A DNA stretch of 64,000 bases, from the NCBI RefSeq assembly GCF_006345805.1, contig NC_043008.1, positions 19,034,001 to 19,098,000 of the forward strand, in the 5' to 3' direction. Positions within the stretch are counted from its first letter, which is position 1, and the number at the start of each line of letters is the position of its first letter. Source of the DNA: Octopus sinensis. Its lineage: Eukaryota. This document shows positions 61,801 to 64,000 of this stretch, piece after piece. The notes beneath the pieces were generated by a model, which was not told where the DNA came from, made no database searches, and saw only the letters and a list, made by a program, of their open reading frames with translations. The position numbers and the translations under genes are program-made.

Positions 61801-64000
61801 CATTTGCCATGATAGATCACTAACCACTACACTTTCTTTATTTTCTCTCTTTGTTTCTTTCTGTGGAAGAGCTTAGGCTCAAAACGTTAAAGACTTTTTC
61901 ACTTCCTGAGCATTAAAGTAATACATCTGTTCGTTGTCTACACCACCTGTCTTCATCTTTTGTTTTTTTGTAAATTCTCCCCCTACATATATACATTTAT
62001 CAATATGTTTTGCAAGATTCCTGATGTGAAATCATGTGTTGAAACAGATATTGTTGTATTTCAGAATGGTCGTTTTATTTTTTATTTTTTTTTTTTTTTG
62101 CCAAAGAAACAAACACACACACTATAAATTTATAAATAAGAATAGTAATAAAAATATATAGTTCATGTGTTTAGTCAGCAAAAAATAAAAAATTAAATTA
62201 CCTGGTGCCCCAGCATGGCCGCGGCCTTTGGGCTAAAATATTTTAAAGGATTTTTAAGGATTTATCCCAAAATACACTATATATATATATATATATATAT
62301 GACGGGTTGCTTTTAGTTTCTGTCTACCAAATCCACTCACAAGGCTTTGGTCGACCTGAGGCTATAGTATAAAACACTTGCCAAAGGTGCCACGCAGTGG
62401 GACTCAACCCAGAACCATGTGGTTGGGAAGCTAGCTTCTTACCACATAGTCACTCCTGCACCTTCTTTTTTTTCTTCTTTTAAGTCTTGTACTTATTCTA
62501 TCAGTTTCATAAACTGAGCCACTAAGTTACAGGCGCATAAACAAACCAACACCAGTTGTCAAGCAGTGCGATGGGTGACAGACAAAAATACAAAGACACA
62601 CACATAGACATATATACATATATATATCACAGGCTTTCACACAGTTTCCATTTAGTAAATTTACTCAACCTGAGGCCGAAACTGAATGTAAAGCAGACAA
62701 AATTCAGATGAACAAATTGACATAAAAAAAAAGAATTATCAAAAAGCAAAAAAAAAAAATCTATAACTTACTTTCCCAGCATAATGGAACAGGATGAAAC
62801 CTTGGTCATTCCCAATGTAGTATTCTGAATCTAAGCCTTGGAGTCTCTAATGAAATAAATAAGTAATAGCAATCATTAAGAAATTAGCAATCAATATATA
62901 GATTGATCTCTGTTGAACAATAAACAAAATAAGTAAAGTTTGGAAAGAGAACCAGCTTTCAAGACTGTCACCATTGCATCGAGTATAATGATTTGATCGG
63001 CAAATCCTCTTCAACGATTGACAATCAACGGCAGGAGGAGCTGGTGTGGATCACACTATCCCATAGTGTGTAAGCATGTGAAGGGGACCACATGTGAACT
63101 TGTATTTCCATTGACAACTCTGAACATGGACTCTACGCATCAATGGTGAATGATGAGTATGTCTATGGCATAGCCATTACAGCGATAGAAATGTAGTTAG
63201 ATGGGGGATGGATAAATATATATGTATCGATCAACATCAATGGAAATCGTAGCTGTGATACCAGTGCCGGTGGCACATAAGAGAACCATCCGAATGTGGC
63301 CATTACCAGTGCCGCCCCGACTGGCCTCCGTGCCAGTGGCACATAAAAAGCACCATCCGACCATGGCTGTTTGCCAGCCTCCTCTGGCACCTGTGCCGGT
63401 GGCACGTAAAAAGCACCCACTACACTCATGGAGTGGTTGGCATTAGGAAGGGCATCCAGCCATAGAAACATTACCAGATCAGACTGGGCCTGGTGCAGCC
63501 TTCTGGCTTCCCAGACCCCAGTTGAACAGTCCAACCCATGCCAGCATGGAAAGCGGACACTAAATGATGATGATGATGATGTAGATTACTAAGTTGATGG
63601 GTACATTGGTAGATATATAGATAAGTAGATAGTTAAGTAAGTAGGTAGGTCGGTAGGTAGGTAAGTTGGTAGGTAGGTAGGTAAGTAGGTAGGTAGGTAA
63701 GTAGGTAGGTAGGTAGGTAGGTAGGTAAGTAGGTAAGTAGGTAGATAGGTAGGTAGATAGGTAGGTAGGTAGGTTAATAGGTAGGTAGGTAGGTAGGTTG
63801 GTAGGTAGGCAGGCAGGTAGGTCAATAGGTAGGTATGTACATGCACATATATGTAGGGAGGTGGGTAATTACATAATTATTTATGTATGGTGCAGTTCCG
63901 CAGTGCCTATACACAAGCCACCACTGGTAGGCAGGTGAGAAGAAGAAAACAACAAGAAGGTAATGTACAAATTCATTCTGATATCTCACCTGTAGCAAAC
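22671..64000 (-). CDS. Myo1e: Long-tailed unconventional myosin class I (MYO1E/MYO1F-like), multi-exon; 5' part lies beyond the window end
   Basis: 16 GT-AG exons assembled by hand. They give the myosin motor C-terminus ([55 protein letters not shown]), IQ ([12 protein letters not shown]), TH1 ([39 protein letters not shown]), a Pro-rich TH2 and a C-terminal SH3 ([15 protein letters not shown]...[22 protein letters not shown]). Sequence and exon boundaries parallel vertebrate MYO1E. Phases are consistent except the 1-nt deficit in exon 35813-35960. Confidence 0.96.
25161..26010. repeat. Fold-back: ~280-bp inverted arms (25161-25440, 25727-26010) of repeat family F; other copies at 56990-57570 and 61270-61400
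   Basis: Arms align in reverse complement at roughly 85-90% by eye; spacer plus right arm is colinear with 57040-57570. Confidence 0.9.
26419..26597 (-). CDS. Myo1e: Myo1e exon, TH2 end and SH3 N-half
   Basis: tagcag tandem acceptor, gtaagt donor; [30 protein letters not shown]. Confidence 0.96.
27417..27462 (-). ncRNA. Minimal type I hammerhead ribozyme motif in a short PLE-type repeat (about 27350-27510), sense to the myosin intron
   Basis: gacac-CTGATGA-A-AGCTG(gagagtacat)CAGCC-GAAACGT-T-gtgtt: stem I 5 bp, palindromic ACGT; the closing pair of stem II is an A-C mismatch. Confidence 0.7.
27600..27960 (-). mobile_element. Possible very old RTE-type LINE 3' remnant
   Basis: [13 protein letters not shown] resembles the RTE terminal ..AQDR..W..V motif; otherwise degraded. 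Confidence 0.3.
28005..28700. repeat. Degenerate (CA)/(CATA)/(CACAT) compound microsatellite
   Basis: Directly visible. Confidence 0.95.
28911..29037 (-). CDS. Myo1e: Myo1e exon, TH2 ([19 protein letters not shown]...AEEIQ)
   Basis: ctttcag acceptor, gtaggt donor, open frame bridging phase 1 to phase 2 between flanking exons; little homology support. Confidence 0.75.
30611..30754 (-). CDS. Myo1e: Myo1e exon, Pro-rich TH2 ([13 protein letters not shown]...PPVHAMK)
   Basis: aag acceptor after a pyrimidine tract, gttagt donor, phase 1/1; A|GA CCT restores the conserved S-R-P junction. Confidence 0.88.
30810..31650. repeat. Compound (GAT)n / purine-rich / (GGT)n / (CAT)n / (CA)n block with a partial SINE A at about 31070-31200
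   Basis: Directly visible. Confidence 0.9.
31850..33170. repeat. ~1.3-kb (TTCA)-derived satellite with a 68-bp higher-order unit
   Basis: Diagnostic ctaattcc variants recur 68 bp apart at 32331/32399, 32551/32619 and 32834/32902. Confidence 0.93.
33400..34820 (-). mobile_element. Old CR1-clade LINE remnant split by SINE A (33591-34007) and SINE C (34243-34645)
   Basis: Segments give ..[13 protein letters not shown].., [22 protein letters not shown], and a piece aligning with the CR1 at 36.1 kb; TSD gatatttgtctggttt at 33575-33590/34008-34023. Confidence 0.65.
35490..35800. repeat. (GA)n/(GACA)n compound repeat with an internal gagaatgagtga unit, next to the donor at 35812
   Basis: Directly visible. 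Confidence 0.9.
35813..35960 (-). CDS. Myo1e: Myo1e exon, TH1 end ([20 protein letters not shown] / [28 protein letters not shown]), 1-nt frameshift near 35897
   Basis: cag/gtaag. Both halves match MYO1E but in different frames; the exon is 148 nt where 149 is needed for phase. Confidence 0.9.
36019..36585 (+). mobile_element. CR1-clade LINE 3' end
   Basis: [31 protein letters not shown]...[16 protein letters not shown]: typical CR1 C-terminus plus 3' UTR. Confidence 0.88.
37400..37770 (+). mobile_element. mariner transposase fragment
   Basis: [52 protein letters not shown] (WVPHEL motif), with stops. Confidence 0.85.
37784..38419 (+). mobile_element. Non-autonomous Helitron
   Basis: A|TC 5' end, subterminal hairpin cccgagcaacgccggg, CTAG|T 3' end, no TSD. 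Confidence 0.85.
38750..39533 (-). mobile_element. Cluster of SINE A copies, including a multi-unit tandem
   Basis: Four gaatttgaactcagaa B-box segments and repeated ~180-bp units. Confidence 0.88.
39560..39709 (-). CDS. Myo1e: Myo1e exon, TH1 ([10 protein letters not shown]...ESVFKTE...LFNT)
   Basis: cag/gttagt, 150 nt. Confidence 0.96.
40265..40698 (+). mobile_element. Non-autonomous Helitron, family 2
   Basis: TC start followed by (TA)n, hairpin ctcgagcagcgccggg, CTAG|T; body homologous to 55823-56226. Confidence 0.8.
41017..45020 (-). mobile_element. Near-full-length Dong/R4-clade non-LTR retrotransposon (Myb-like N-terminus, RT, CCHC, RLE)
   Basis: RT motifs [38 protein letters not shown]; [14 protein letters not shown]; RPDI..LIDMTVP..K..KY; (TAA)n at both ends (about 40990-41017 and 45021-45096); ORF broken mainly by 1-bp deletions. 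Confidence 0.95.
45196..45860. repeat. (CAT)n array 45196-45445 and (GT)/(GCAT) array 45535-45860
   Basis: Directly visible. Confidence 0.93.
45996..46141 (-). CDS. Myo1e: Myo1e exon, TH1 ([28 protein letters not shown]...QKIVL)
   Basis: cag/gtaac, 146 nt. Confidence 0.96.
46700..47560. repeat. Degenerate 32-bp minisatellite interrupted by a family D element
   Basis: Unit about tatgtcaatctatccagtcgacatctacacaa; period 32 at 46961/46993/47025. Confidence 0.8.
47774..47943 (-). CDS. Myo1e: Myo1e exon, TH1 start ([12 protein letters not shown]...TKFDRRFK)
   Basis: cag/gtaagg, 170 nt. Confidence 0.97.
47997..48415 (-). mobile_element. SINE A, head plus two tandem units
   Basis: Same architecture as 33591-34007. 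Confidence 0.88.
48520..48680 (+). mobile_element. Dong/R4 extreme 3' fragment with an (AAT)n tail
   Basis: [15 protein letters not shown]-end motif, short UTR, aataataataataat. Confidence 0.65.
49240..49354 (-). CDS. Myo1e: Myo1e exon, IQ motif ([38 protein letters not shown])
   Basis: cag/gtatat, 115 nt. Confidence 0.97.
49830..50233 (-). mobile_element. Helitron PIF1-family helicase fragment
   Basis: [11 protein letters not shown] (Walker B DE-like), [34 protein letters not shown]. Confidence 0.88.
50700..51880. repeat. Tandem duplication (about 790-bp offset) of a tail-to-tail SINE A pair
   Basis: 50704-51130 and 51493-51880 share private variants and the same +/- arrangement. Confidence 0.85.
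52330..52920. repeat. (TAT)n followed by a (TA)/(TACA) array with an internal ~110-bp duplication
   Basis: Directly visible. Confidence 0.93.
54002..54146 (-). CDS. Myo1e: Myo1e exon, converter ([12 protein letters not shown]...KVFIKNPES)
   Basis: cag/gtaag, 145 nt. Confidence 0.97.
54230..54950. repeat. Degenerate (CAT/CAC/CGT)n trinucleotide array
   Basis: Directly visible; source of the poly-M/I/S pseudo-ORFs. Confidence 0.95.
55823..56226 (+). mobile_element. Non-autonomous Helitron, family 2
   Basis: Hairpin cccgagcaacgccggg and CTAG|T; body homologous to 40265-40698. Confidence 0.83.
56352..56450 (-). CDS. Myo1e: Myo1e exon ([32 protein letters not shown])
   Basis: cag/gtaaag, 99 nt, SH1-helix region motif. 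Confidence 0.97.
56990..57570 (+). mobile_element. Repeat family F copy (class uncertain, possibly PLE-derived)
   Basis: Colinear with 25450-26010. Confidence 0.7.
57806..57912 (-). CDS. Myo1e: Myo1e exon ([35 protein letters not shown])
   Basis: cag/gtaag, 107 nt, [10 protein letters not shown] motif. Confidence 0.97.
58695..58919. repeat. Fold-back: ~75-bp inverted arms around a hammerhead-like core
   Basis: 58695-58769 versus the reverse complement of 58848-58919, about 80% by eye; CTGAAGA-G-GTCACA(ggtg)TGTGAC-aa-C-GAAA in the loop. Confidence 0.75.
59071..59152 (-). CDS. Myo1e: Myo1e exon ([27 protein letters not shown])
   Basis: cag/gtttgt, 82 nt, RPTTAG motif, phase 2 to 0. Confidence 0.95.
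60494..60579 (-). CDS. Myo1e: Myo1e exon ([28 protein letters not shown])
   Basis: cag/gtaag, 86 nt, F..KNRD.L motif, phase 0 to 2. Confidence 0.95.
61857..61891 (+). ncRNA. Degenerate hammerhead-like motif (family G)
   Basis: cttt-CTGTGGA-A-GAGC(ttag)GCTC-AAAACGT-T-aaag; G12 mutated. Confidence 0.4.
62772..62846 (-). CDS. Myo1e: Myo1e exon ([25 protein letters not shown])
   Basis: tag acceptor, gtaagt donor, 75 nt, HYAG motor motif. Confidence 0.93.
63600..63840. repeat. (TAGG)n/(TAAG)n tetranucleotide array
   Basis: Directly visible. Confidence 0.95.
63990..64000 (-). CDS. Myo1e: Myo1e exon, partial 3' end (..LLQ)
   Basis: TTG CTA CAG followed by donor gtgag; phase 0 matches the next exon and the DQTLLQ|K boundary of MYO1E. 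Only 11 nt visible. Confidence 0.6.

Overview
AT-rich, microsatellite-saturated eukaryotic DNA. The SINE/LINE families and simple-repeat load point to an Octopus (coleoid cephalopod) long-read assembly; this is recognised from repeat content, not from a database hit. Two protein-coding loci, both on the minus strand. (1) The 3' two-thirds of a long-tailed class I myosin (MYO1E/F type): 16 exons from >64000 down to the stop at 22671, covering the motor C-terminus, one IQ, TH1, a Pro-rich TH2 and SH3. All junctions are GT-AG and phase-consistent, except a 1-nt deficit in exon 35813-35960. (2) An intronless 352-aa FAF1-like ORF (UAS, coiled coil, UBX) at 2524-3582, probably a retrogene. The rest is mobile and repetitive DNA: a near-full-length Dong/R4-clade LINE plus four truncated copies, all in or ending in (TAA)n; a decayed Penelope-like element; CR1 remnants; non-autonomous Helitrons; Helentron-like HINEs; pogo- and piggyBac-like MITEs; a mariner fragment; five SINE families; and large simple and higher-order satellites. 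Most notable unexplained structure: at least seven short hammerhead-ribozyme-type motifs (CUGANGA...GAAA with a palindromic stem III, Penelope type) from several families. One family has a variant core, one copy is sense within a myosin intron, and one lies in the loop of a fold-back. Six 1-bp homopolymer deletions and one 2-bp deletion in the Dong ORF, and the myosin frameshift, share one signature and are probably consensus errors. Most ORFs in the supplied track are microsatellite artefacts.
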